The notes under the pieces are model-generated. The model was not told the DNA's origin. It saw only the letters and a program-made list of their open reading frames with translations, and did not search any database. DNA of 64,000 nucleotides from a virus, in IMG/VR virus record IMGVR_UViG_3300047170_000049, positions 64,001-128,000 of that record. One strand, given 5' to 3'. Of this stretch, positions 1 through 8,697 are shown in pieces; within the stretch, counting starts at the first letter, position 1; each line of letters opens with the position of its first letter. The position numbers were made by a program, and so were the translations under genes.

Positions 1-365
1 TCTTCATAAAGCTCAAATGTAGACATGATGTGTGCAGCAAGTTGTGGCAGTGCTGTAAGTCTAAATTCATGTATGATTTTTCCACCGTCACGGATGTGTC
101 CGTTGTAAACGTCGGCGGTTTGTTTATTAACTAGAAGAAAGCAATTTTCTTTGAATGGAAGGTCAATCTCTTTATTTCCGTGCTCAGGAATAGGCTTTAA
201 CTCTTTAATTAGGAACGAAATTAAAGCTTTAGGTACAACCTTCAGACTTGCATGAAGCTCTTGTAAATCCACTACGGATTTCGTAGGGATTTTGTCCAAG
301 GCTTTCGCCAAGGCTTCGTATGGTTGTTCGCCCATTAGGGCTTTTAGAAGCTTAATCTGTTCCAT
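1..365 (-). CDS. hypothetical protein, partial (runs off window; MEQIKLLKALMGEQPYEALAKAL...), probable head-associated
   Basis: Manually translated open frame from ATG at 365 to the window edge, immediately downstream of 373..759; carries LLKA/LAKA motifs. Confidence 0.7.
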   Translation of the reverse strand, partial: MEQIKLLKALMGEQPYEALAKALDKIPTKSVVDLQELHASLKVVPKALISFLIKELKPIPEHGNKEIDLPFKENCFLLVNKQTADVYNGHIRDGGKIIHEFRLTALPQLAAHIMSTFELYE

Positions 366-372
366 GAAAAAC

Positions 373-759
373 TTACTGTGCTACGTTGTTTAACTGAGAA
401 TCGTCTTGAACTAAGTAGACGCCAACAGTAGAAGCACTGGTCTTCAAAGAATTGAACTGACCTGAACTAAGCTTTGTATAGGCGTTTGGGGAAAGTGCGA
501 TACCCGTGGTTAATGTGGGTGTAGATGGTACGCTTCCTGGTTGAGTGTAGAAGATTGCGAAAGCTGTGCTGGTAGAGTTATTGTACAACCAAACACTTTG
601 GCCAATTCCTGGAAGACTCAATCCACCAGAAGCATCACCTAAGTTCATAAGGGAAGGTCCGACTTCAATGGTCTTCTTACCGCCGCCATATTGGTTAAAC
701 TCAATAGCCTCAATTTGACCTGAGTCAGCGCCGCCTTGTTTAAGTACACGTTTTAACAT
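373..759 (-). CDS. hypothetical virion protein
   Basis: AGGAG RBS; preceded by late-promoter motif; small, beta-rich. Confidence 0.6.
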   Translation of the reverse strand: MLKRVLKQGGADSGQIEAIEFNQYGGGKKTIEVGPSLMNLGDASGGLSLPGIGQSVWLYNNSTSTAFAIFYTQPGSVPSTPTLTTGIALSPNAYTKLSSGQFNSLKTSASTVGVYLVQDDSQLNNVAQ

Positions 760-803
760 TGATAATCACTCCTGGCAAAGATAGTATTGCTTTAATCTAA
801 TCA

Positions 804-831
804 ATTAAGATTTTGGGTTAACCCTTTGATA
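804..831 (-). promoter_or_regulatory. putative late promoter (IHF-like site, N6, AATCTTAAT)
   Basis: Minus strand TATCAAAGGGTTA-ACCCAA-AATCTTAAT; one of 7 copies upstream of structural genes. Confidence 0.75.
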
Positions 832-862
832 TTCTTAGCTTTTTTATTTATTATTATTTGGC

Positions 863-889
863 TTAAGTTTTTAAAATATAAGCCGAATA
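863..889 (+). promoter_or_regulatory. sigma28/FliA-type promoter
   Basis: TTAAGTTT-N11-GCCGAATA versus consensus TAAAGTTT-N11-GCCGATAA. Confidence 0.65.
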
Positions 890-910
890 GTCATATAGAC
901 GGAGGGTTAT

Positions 911-1177
911 ATGAACAACCAAATAAAAGTGGCATTTGATGTTCGGGCTCTGACAAGTGAAAAAGGTCTTAGGACGTTCAAGACGTTCGCAGATTTAGGC
1001 GTACATATATTTATCACGGCACCCAATCGCGAAAGCGAAGAGATTGCCTTACAGTTGGTAGATTTATTAAAAATAAAGGCAGCGGTTGTGACAAAAGGCA
1101 CGTTGCTAACTGCAGATTTATCCATAGATTACGATTATTTAGAAAATGCTAAAACTAATATAGTGTTTAAGGATTAA
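911..1177 (+). CDS. degenerate minimal HAD-fold protein (paralog of 11567..11851)
   Basis: KVAFDVRAL...AAVVTKG...DLSID aligns with KVAFDIDDT...ATVLRKG...DIAVD; GGAGG RBS. Confidence 0.6.
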   Translation: MNNQIKVAFDVRALTSEKGLRTFKTFADLGVHIFITAPNRESEEIALQLVDLLKIKAAVVTKGTLLTADLSIDYDYLENAKTNIVFKD

Positions 1178-1186
1178 GGAGGGTAT

Positions 1187-1447
1187 ATGGAATTGAATGG
1201 TTTAGCTAACATAAGAATGGTATTGGACGCCGCCAAGGATAATAACGAGGTGACGGAAGAAATCTATAAAACCCTGACTGAACAGGCTGTTTTAATGGAG
1301 CGGTACATGATTGCCCTAAAGCATATCCCAGACATTGCTTGGCATGAAGTTAGGGCTAACCCTGAACTTTTTCCCACCCGTAGGGAAATGCTTAATTTGG
1401 AAGGTGAGCCTTACGCTGCATTCTTTGCGCGACGCAATTCCTTGTAA
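1187..1447 (+). CDS. hypothetical protein
   Basis: AAGGAGG RBS; in operon with 911..1177. Confidence 0.7.
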   Translation: MELNGLANIRMVLDAAKDNNEVTEEIYKTLTEQAVLMERYMIALKHIPDIAWHEVRANPELFPTRREMLNLEGEPYAAFFARRNSL

Positions 1448-1499
1448 GAAGATTTGGCTTAGTTTGATGGACTCATTCCAAGCCAAATCTGAGGTGGGA

Positions 1500-1883
1500 T
1501 TAGAAGGTCTCGCCGTACAAGAACCAAAATAGGCCAATAACACAACCCATTGCGACTACCGCAAAATACACCCATAATATGCGTGGGTCTACGCCATGGC
1601 GCTTACTGCTTAATTCAACATAAGGAATTGTGCCAGTGTGGTGTAATTGGAATTGGTCTGGGTTAATACCTGAATACTCAACAAACCAACCCCAGTGGTA
1701 TGACTTCCAAAGCTCTGGACGGTAAATGTAAACACCATCAGGCTGGCAGTTGAAGGTCGCTTGTCTCATTAGGCCGATGACGTACTGAGGATAGTGCTCA
1801 AAATAAATCTGGGCTAATTCAATACTTCTTTGCTGTTCGGACTGAGGCAGGTCTTGAAACTGCTTCTTCTGATGCTGAGTCAT
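1500..1883 (-). CDS. hypothetical protein with C-terminal transmembrane helix
   Basis: GGAG RBS; hydrophobic ILWVYFAVVAMGCVIGLFWFLY. Confidence 0.65.
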   Translation of the reverse strand: MTQHQKKQFQDLPQSEQQRSIELAQIYFEHYPQYVIGLMRQATFNCQPDGVYIYRPELWKSYHWGWFVEYSGINPDQFQLHHTGTIPYVELSSKRHGVDPRILWVYFAVVAMGCVIGLFWFLYGETF

Positions 1884-1887
1884 AGTA

Positions 1888-1930
1888 TTCTCCGTGTTGT
1901 TGTTGGTTATAAAATCACAACACGGGGATA
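1888..1930 (-). promoter_or_regulatory. stem-loop covering the RBS of 1500..1883
   Basis: Inverted repeat CCGTGTTGT/ACAACACGG overlapping GGAGA. Confidence 0.5.
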
Positions 1931-1954
1931 AAACGCAGTCAAGGCCAATTTTTA

Positions 1955-2818
1955 TTATCTTGGTCCTACGTTGCCGCCAGTAGGGGCATTGATTTCGGCG
2001 TCGGGTACGTCTTTCTCCGTGCGATTACCTAGGAAAATGTAATCGGCTTGAACTTGAGCTTGCATTGGCATTTTCTGCATTGAGTAATCGCCAGTGTAAG
2101 CGTTCATCTGTGGGAAGATACGGATTTCGTGCATCATCTGCTTGACGTAAAAATAAGGCTTATATTTGTAACGAACAGAAATTAGTTTGGGTTGGTCACT
2201 TGTGTTATTCCAACCAGGTTGTTTACCACCAGGAATCCACGCAATGTGTCCTTGAGCGTCGATATTGAAATCTTGGCCTTCGGTATAGAACTTACCATCG
2301 GAGTCGGTGACATATTCAATTTCTGAAATTTGGAATTGAGTGCGGTCAATGCCAGTCATCGAGTGGGTGACTTTTTCAAAGTTAGAATGGAAGAATTCTG
2401 CGGGGCATTCGCAAGGAATTAACTTATCGTATTCAGTAAACGATGCAAGTTTGGTCGTGCCCTTGTAGTAGCGATTAAATGTGAGCATCGCACTAGAGCT
2501 ACCGTAGAAACCTGCAGGGATGTATGCTAGTTGTTTAGAGTTGTTTGTAAACACTCCCCAAACTTGTCCAGCGCACATATAAACAAATCCATTTTCACAG
2601 TGAGCGGTGGCGTTGCCATCGAAATCGTGATTATGGGAATGACGAATGTCACCATCAGTAACTTGGCCTAAGACGCAAGGGATTGCCTTGTAGTGCCAGA
2701 ATAATACACCATTTTGAATTAAGAAATTATCTTGACCAATGGAATCGACGGTGACCGCGTTCCAAGGTTCTTCATAATTAATTAATACAGCATTTACCGC
2801 TGGTTTTACATCGGCCAT
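1955..2818 (-). CDS. putative neck / head-closure protein
   Basis: Cys/His N-terminal part (PC...C..G) and SVRYKYKPYFYVKQMMHEIR resemble neck proteins of SPO1/Twort-type myoviruses; late-region context. Confidence 0.5.
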   Translation of the reverse strand: MADVKPAVNAVLINYEEPWNAVTVDSIGQDNFLIQNGVLFWHYKAIPCVLGQVTDGDIRHSHNHDFDGNATAHCENGFVYMCAGQVWGVFTNNSKQLAYIPAGFYGSSSAMLTFNRYYKGTTKLASFTEYDKLIPCECPAEFFHSNFEKVTHSMTGIDRTQFQISEIEYVTDSDGKFYTEGQDFNIDAQGHIAWIPGGKQPGWNNTSDQPKLISVRYKYKPYFYVKQMMHEIRIFPQMNAYTGDYSMQKMPMQAQVQADYIFLGNRTEKDVPDAEINAPTGGNVGPR

Positions 2819-2821
2819 TTA

Positions 2822-3466
2822 TTACTCCCAGAAATTTCCAGGCAAGTGCCCTTTGGGTACGTTTTTATTTTTCATACGGTAATCATCTTCCAATTTTGAA
2901 CCATGGAAAGGCTGAGGTTCATTGAAGTAGACTTTACCATCGGGGCCTTGTTCTTTGTTGTACATATGTTGAGCACCAAAGGCTTCATGGGCTTGTTGTG
3001 GATTCATGCCTGCCATTTGATAGTGCTTAATTGCTTCGTTCTTATGATACTCACCAGCCAAGTGATTATTAATATCTTTACCTTGGTCGTAGTTATCTTT
3101 ATGGAAGTTTGAAAAGTGAGCGTGCCAATTAGCAATTTTCTTATGGTTCTCAGGAGTGGAGGCGTGTGGCATGGAGCGAAGCTCTGCATCGTGCTGTATG
3201 GACGAGACGTTGCCCCATTGTGGGTTGAATTGCCTATCGGTAGACTTGTAAAGATTCTCGTGCCAGCTAATACCGTTTTGAACCTTATCCGCCATACCCT
3301 TGGCAACGGCACGGTGAGCGGCTTGTCCTAGGACTCTTAGTTCGCCTGAAGCTTTCTTCAAGGCCATAATGTTTAATCCACCCTTGGTACGGATGTGATA
3401 AATAGGGTCGGTCTTGTAAACGCCGACTTGTTCCATAGTGTGAATGTCTTGTTTGTTTAAATTCAT
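2822..3466 (-). CDS. hypothetical head-associated protein, two domains separated by LYKS; His-rich C-terminal part
   Basis: Late promoter directly upstream; LxKS motif. Confidence 0.55.
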   Translation of the reverse strand: MNLNKQDIHTMEQVGVYKTDPIYHIRTKGGLNIMALKKASGELRVLGQAAHRAVAKGMADKVQNGISWHENLYKSTDRQFNPQWGNVSSIQHDAELRSMPHASTPENHKKIANWHAHFSNFHKDNYDQGKDINNHLAGEYHKNEAIKHYQMAGMNPQQAHEAFGAQHMYNKEQGPDGKVYFNEPQPFHGSKLEDDYRMKNKNVPKGHLPGNFWE

Positions 3467-3487
3467 ATTTTCCCCTAAAGGACTATA

Positions 3488-3515
3488 ATTAAGATTTTAG
3501 GTTAACCCTTTGATT
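3488..3515 (-). promoter_or_regulatory. putative late promoter
   Basis: AATCAAAGGGTTA-ACCTAA-AATCTTAAT; overlaps the 3' end of the upstream CDS. Confidence 0.75.
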
Positions 3516-5646
3516 TTATTGCATCTTTGACGGCTGGAATACCCCATACCCAAATAGAATTAATCAATGAATCAGGGTATTTAGACTGTTTTACCAATTC
3601 TTTGATTTCTTCTAGACGGTATAGTTCAGGGCTTGGGTCTAACTTATATTTAAACATAAGTTCTTTGATGAGGTTTGGGTCTAGACGTAGAATCCAGTCG
3701 CGAAGTTCTTCTGCGACCTTGGGATTTCTAATACGAGGTAGGCCCTGGAACTTAGTTTCATTATTAGAGTTTTGCTTAACGTCATTTTCTACGCGCAAGA
3801 TGTATGGGATGAAGATGTCCGTGTCTTTAGAAGGGTCGAAGGCAAGATTGGCAAAAGAAGACCCGTGGTCAATCATTTGCAAGCCCTTGCCGTTTGTCAT
3901 GACATTACCGCCATGAGAATCAGCTTCGCCTAGGATGTAGAACATGGTGGCTATTTTATGGACAACACCTTCACGGGTGAGTTCGCCAATGAGTGCCTTG
4001 AATTCATGTTCGTCATCTTTTTCAAGGTCTTGCGCTATCTTGTAATCGTCGGGTAGCATTTTGATTGCTACGGCATAGTGAGGCTTACCATCTTTTTGGA
4101 TTTCACCCATAACTGAATGTGGAATGTAATCAACCAAACCAAACACACTATGGGCTAGTTTATAGAAACAGGCTTCTTTAATGAATTGAGGGCCAGTATC
4201 TTTTAAAGACTTAACACCAGGCTTATTCTTAGGTTCGAGTTTTAAGAGCCATGAGTCTTTAGGTTCGTCGCCGACGATAAAGGAATCTGTGGTGAAATGG
4301 CCATAGTGACTTAGGTCATGAATCTTCTCGTCACGGATTAGCGAATTGATATTTTGTGTTGCTACTATGGAGTAATCATCTTGAGTCAGTGGCTTAAAGA
4401 ATTTAATGCCAGCAAACTTTTGTTCAATCTTTTCTAGAAGACCTTCTTCTTTAAGGAAGGAGTCCAGGCTCGAACCTAGATGTTTATTTTCGTTCTTTGT
4501 CATCTTAGGTTTAGCATCGGCAACTTCACCGTAATTATGTATGTTGCCTTTTGCATCACGTTGTGGTTTAGTCTGAAACTTCAGATTTTTAGAGTTGATA
4601 TTGAAACTTGCAGTGGGATGGCCAACAACAATTTCATTTTCATGCGAATGGGGATGTTCTTGGCCTTGGACGGTCATGTGATGACCAGAGTGAAGGACTT
4701 GTTTCAGTGGCACCCATTTGGACATTACCACCCCATGATTATCTGGTTGACCTTCAATATGCCCACGATTATATGCGAACCTCGCTGCCATTTCTGGGTC
4801 CGTTGTCCACGACGTTAAGTGTGCTGTGGGTAATTTTATTTTTTTATCGTCAACCTCGTTAGTTTCGGGGTTATGACCTACTGCATCTTTAATTGCTTTG
4901 CCATAATGCCCACCGACCCCACGATAAAGTTTGACATGAGGCTCACCATGAAAATAACGTTTAGGTGTGAATTTATCTTGCATTATTTCAGCTTGAACTT
5001 TTTTAGCGTACTCATCTAGGTGAGGAAGAACATCAGAGGCTTGCATGAATTTATTGGGGTACTCAAATTTAGTATTTTTTAAATGTTCTAAGGTTTCTTT
5101 GTCATGACCCATCAATCCATCAGGGTTGAGATAAGCTTCGTGACTATTGGCAGATTCGCCACGGTGGTCCGTTACCGTTTCAGGTTGACCCGTGAAATGA
5201 GACTTAATGGTCGCGAAATGACCAGGGCTAACCGCTCTTTCGTAGCTGGACCAAAAATTCCCAACCTTCTTCATGTTTGCCAAGGCTTCATCGGGCGCAA
5301 ATTTGGGATGGGTTTGTATTGCGTTGGTGACGTACTGGTCTTCACGACCTTCGTGACCCACACGCCTTAGTGTGGCAGCATCAGCATGCTTAGGGATGTG
5401 TCCAGCGTATTCAAATAGAAACGAATTGAGATTATCTTTTTGATTAGGACGAGTCTTAAGATGGTCTAGGACTTTGTGAACTGCAGCATTAGGCATACCT
5501 TCGCCGCCGTCATTGGGATTATTGGCCGAAGGAAGGCGCTGCCAAATGTCGTAGTTAGCTGGCACACGTTTAGCATGCTCAATGGCTTTATCCCAGTCAC
5601 CACGATGGATGGCTTCAAAAGTTGCTTTCTCATTTGAGTCAGACAT
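3502..5646 (-). CDS. multidomain effector: ADP-ribosyltransferase (R-S-E) plus PI3K/HipA-like kinase
   Basis: ART motifs KLYRGV, LTSWTTDPEMAARFA, HENEIVV; kinase motifs WLLK, KEACFYKLA, DSHGGN, MIDHG. Confidence 0.7.
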   Translation of the reverse strand: MSDSNEKATFEAIHRGDWDKAIEHAKRVPANYDIWQRLPSANNPNDGGEGMPNAAVHKVLDHLKTRPNQKDNLNSFLFEYAGHIPKHADAATLRRVGHEGREDQYVTNAIQTHPKFAPDEALANMKKVGNFWSSYERAVSPGHFATIKSHFTGQPETVTDHRGESANSHEAYLNPDGLMGHDKETLEHLKNTKFEYPNKFMQASDVLPHLDEYAKKVQAEIMQDKFTPKRYFHGEPHVKLYRGVGGHYGKAIKDAVGHNPETNEVDDKKIKLPTAHLTSWTTDPEMAARFAYNRGHIEGQPDNHGVVMSKWVPLKQVLHSGHHMTVQGQEHPHSHENEIVVGHPTASFNINSKNLKFQTKPQRDAKGNIHNYGEVADAKPKMTKNENKHLGSSLDSFLKEEGLLEKIEQKFAGIKFFKPLTQDDYSIVATQNINSLIRDEKIHDLSHYGHFTTDSFIVGDEPKDSWLLKLEPKNKPGVKSLKDTGPQFIKEACFYKLAHSVFGLVDYIPHSVMGEIQKDGKPHYAVAIKMLPDDYKIAQDLEKDDEHEFKALIGELTREGVVHKIATMFYILGEADSHGGNVMTNGKGLQMIDHGSSFANLAFDPSKDTDIFIPYILRVENDVKQNSNNETKFQGLPRIRNPKVAEELRDWILRLDPNLIKELMFKYKLDPSPELYRLEEIKELVKQSKYPDSLINSIWVWGIPAVKDAIKSKG

Positions 5647-7724
5647 TATTTATCCCAGTTGTGCGTCGCGTTCATCATAACGTGCTTATCGTCAATAAGT
5701 ACGTCTTGTGCAGGTTTAACATCATGCTTCTCGTTTTTAACTGAAGCAGGTGAACGTTCGGCGTTCATTGCAAAGTTGCCTAATTTCTTAAATTTGTTAA
5801 ATTTTACCACATAAGGATGGTTCTTGATTTCATCGGGGGTAGCATCAAGTGCGTGGGTAATCCCATTGTACCAAGCGTAAGCCGCTTTATCATGGTCGTT
5901 ACCAAAGCGGTTTAAAAGCCTATGCCAATGGGCATGGACTAATTGCTCTTCCATTTTCTTATTTCCTAAAACCAACTTGGAAATTTTCTCTTGGTCCATC
6001 TTAGGGTCCATTGAGCCAAGTTCAGGATAGAGCTTTTTAATGTGGGGATTCTTCTGGGCAGTCTCAACAATAGTAATAGGCATAAGGCCGTAAGAGCCTA
6101 TGGCTTTCGTGCCAGTGTTGATGCCGTGTACAACTTCAGCGTGCTTTAAATTTTTACCGTTAGAAGATTCAATATTCTTGATGGCATCTAAATCGCCCTT
6201 GGCAGTGTCAACTACTTGGATACCAGGCTGACTCTTATCTTGGCTACTTAAAGCCGTAGGAGCGCCGAGCATTGACATTGCCGTGATAACGTTCATAGCT
6301 TTTGTCTTCATGTTCTTATCCAACCCTTCTGATAAAAGTGTATCATAAGGCTGGCTTAAAGTCTCTATTTTGCTTATTTCCGTATTTTTCCTAACGTTTT
6401 CAATGGCTTTGAGCTTATCTTTTTTAGTAAGCTCCGCTTTCTTAGTGTCTTCAGTGGCTAAAGCCCAGTCAGGAAGCAAACCAGCTTTCTGGTCAGCGTA
6501 AATTGTTTGCGCGGGGTTAGCTCTATTGTGCGCTGCGTGCTTACCAAAGTTAACCCATGAGTTCTGGCCGCGTGTTTCTGAGGTCAGGGCCTTTTGTGCT
6601 TGAGGTGAATACATCTGCTTATGGCTAAGGTATGCGTTCTCTTCGCCTTTGGGACCAAATCCATAACCTTCTTTAGCGTGGCCAAAATAATCGTGGACTA
6701 TACGGAAGAGGTCGTTAGCGGGTAAGTCTTCGCCATTATGAATAACGCCTGAAGGTTTGAGCATTGGGTGATTGGAGTATAGTGAATCTCCAGAACCAAA
6801 ACCTTGTTCGGTAGGGTAGTACCACATATGATTGTTTTGGCGAACGTCTTGGAGCATATCTTTAGATGATTTATAGGGATTAGCCATGTCTGGTCTAATC
6901 TTACTGATTTTTAAACCAGCATTTTTAATGTGATGAAATTGTTCTGCCGTTTCATTGATTAGTGCATTGTAGGCACGTTTAGTTTCAGGATGGTCAGGGG
7001 TGTGGGGCATGGCTTCGTAGGCCGCTGCAATGTTCTTAGCACGAGGCACGTTGACTTCTGCTTGGGTGTCTGGATGATTTAAAGTCAAACCTTTCGACTT
7101 GGCGTAATTGTTAGCGACGCTTCTAATTTTAATATCGGGTTGAGTTGGGGTAGGTGGCTTGAACGCATCTGCCTTGCGAAGGTTACGGTACTCAATCTCG
7201 CCCTTGGCCATCTTATAGCCATTGGCATTAGGCTGCTTGTCAGACCAAAGGACTTTATCTTCTTTCCAAAGCTCTAATGGCTTAACCTTGACGTTTAATT
7301 TGTGTTGGGGCATTCCCGCTTGGACTTTATCCCAAAGGTCCTTATCCACCGTTATATGAGGCTGGAACGTGGGAAATTTATCTGGGCCATAATGGTCTTG
7401 AAGCTTCTTGTTGGCTTCTTCCATATGTTTGATACCAGGGCCTACGAGCTTAAGGACGTGCCATGTCTTACCTTCTGGGGTATTAAACTTATGGGGCACT
7501 AGCTGGAATTGGTCAGGAGGGGTTGTATTGAGTTGATTTAGGTGGTGTTCCATTTGCTTCACGTCGGGCTCATGGGCTCCTAAGTTTCTTAGGGTGACGT
7601 GGTACTTACCGCCATTTTCTGGATTGATAGCTTGGCCGTTGATATGAACGGGCCACATCAAATAGTGCTCTTTCCACGCTGGGTCTTGCGCTTTTACATT
7701 TGAAACACTAGTCTTCGTGGGCAT
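5646..7724 (-). CDS. multidomain effector: 2H phosphoesterase, HDYFGH domain, lysozyme-like lytic transglycosylase
   Basis: HVTL and HITV (2H); NDLFRIVHDYFGH...GEENA...ETRGQNSWVN; IESSNG...AIGSYGLMP...AAYAWYNG (SLT). Confidence 0.7.
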   Translation of the reverse strand: MPTKTSVSNVKAQDPAWKEHYLMWPVHINGQAINPENGGKYHVTLRNLGAHEPDVKQMEHHLNQLNTTPPDQFQLVPHKFNTPEGKTWHVLKLVGPGIKHMEEANKKLQDHYGPDKFPTFQPHITVDKDLWDKVQAGMPQHKLNVKVKPLELWKEDKVLWSDKQPNANGYKMAKGEIEYRNLRKADAFKPPTPTQPDIKIRSVANNYAKSKGLTLNHPDTQAEVNVPRAKNIAAAYEAMPHTPDHPETKRAYNALINETAEQFHHIKNAGLKISKIRPDMANPYKSSKDMLQDVRQNNHMWYYPTEQGFGSGDSLYSNHPMLKPSGVIHNGEDLPANDLFRIVHDYFGHAKEGYGFGPKGEENAYLSHKQMYSPQAQKALTSETRGQNSWVNFGKHAAHNRANPAQTIYADQKAGLLPDWALATEDTKKAELTKKDKLKAIENVRKNTEISKIETLSQPYDTLLSEGLDKNMKTKAMNVITAMSMLGAPTALSSQDKSQPGIQVVDTAKGDLDAIKNIESSNGKNLKHAEVVHGINTGTKAIGSYGLMPITIVETAQKNPHIKKLYPELGSMDPKMDQEKISKLVLGNKKMEEQLVHAHWHRLLNRFGNDHDKAAYAWYNGITHALDATPDEIKNHPYVVKFNKFKKLGNFAMNAERSPASVKNEKHDVKPAQDVLIDDKHVMMNATHNWDK

Positions 7725-7759
7725 TTCTTAATTCCTTAATCTTCTTATGTACTTAAGCT

Positions 7760-7787
7760 ATTAAGATTCTTATATAACCTATCGGAA
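7760..7787 (-). promoter_or_regulatory. putative late promoter
   Basis: TTCCGATAGGTTA-TATAAG-AATCTTAAT; degenerate IHF half. Confidence 0.65.
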
Positions 7788-7827
7788 GCATTCAGGAATA
7801 CTTAAGGGATTTATTGTGATTATTTCC

Positions 7828-7854
7828 TAAAGTTTTAACAAAAATTGCCGAATA
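7828..7854 (+). promoter_or_regulatory. sigma28/FliA-type promoter
   Basis: TAAAGTTT-N11-GCCGAATA. Confidence 0.7.
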
Positions 7855-7875
7855 GTAATATGAAAGGTGGTTGTT

Positions 7876-8082
7876 ATGAAAGCAACGTATGTGGTTAAAT
7901 ATACGAAAATTTTCATGAAAGACGCACAACGCTTAAATGAACAATTATGTCAGGTTCAATTCGAGGATAAAGAGAAGGCCAAGGATTTTAAAGAAGAGCT
8001 AGGCATTGAGGCAGGTAAGACCTACCCCACAGGCTTTGGTTGTTTTTATTATGTAGATGAAGCTGAAATTTTAGTTTTGTGA
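7876..8082 (+). CDS. hypothetical protein
   Basis: AAGGTGG RBS before ATG 7876; downstream of FliA-type promoter. Confidence 0.65.
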   Translation: MKATYVVKYTKIFMKDAQRLNEQLCQVQFEDKEKAKDFKEELGIEAGKTYPTGFGCFYYVDEAEILVL

Positions 8083-8088
8083 GGTCGT

Positions 8089-8697
8089 ATGGCTAAGGTG
8101 GTTAATTTATATAGTTCTTTTGGTTTTTGGACTGAAAACTCTGCGCGATTCCCAAATTTACTTCATAGGTTGGGAATTGAAGTAAACCCAGGACGTTCGT
8201 TAACTTTCAACAAAACATTAGAAGAAATGGAAGCGATTGCAAATGAGCTTGGCTTTACCCCACTTCCAATAGTTCAAGTGGCCTATGGTGATAAAATGCC
8301 ACAAGAAGAGATGGGTAAAATTATTATGGAAGGCAAGTGTGCAGTTGATTTAATCTACTCACACGATTGGGTTAGCCATCTGTTTGCATACTTATTGATG
8401 ACGCCTAAACTTAAACATAACTTACAAGACTTGGTGGTAAATCTACCTCCAGATGGGAAATCTTCCGAATTAACAAAGCAAACCTCTGTTTTTGATGTGC
8501 TTACCGCATTATCAATAACGGAATTATCTACCCAAAAAAATGATGAGGATTTTGCAAAATTTGTTAAATATGCTTTAGAGGCATACGGGGGTGCAAAAGT
8601 TCACATTGAGAATGTGGGTGGATTCGTACACAATTTCAAAGAAGCTAGGGAGAAGGTTTACGAGGTGGAGAATTTTCTAGCGCAGAAAGCCGCTTAG
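8089..8697 (+). CDS. hypothetical protein
   Basis: GAGG RBS; 202 aa. Confidence 0.7.
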   Translation: MAKVVNLYSSFGFWTENSARFPNLLHRLGIEVNPGRSLTFNKTLEEMEAIANELGFTPLPIVQVAYGDKMPQEEMGKIIMEGKCAVDLIYSHDWVSHLFAYLLMTPKLKHNLQDLVVNLPPDGKSSELTKQTSVFDVLTALSITELSTQKNDEDFAKFVKYALEAYGGAKVHIENVGGFVHNFKEAREKVYEVENFLAQKAA

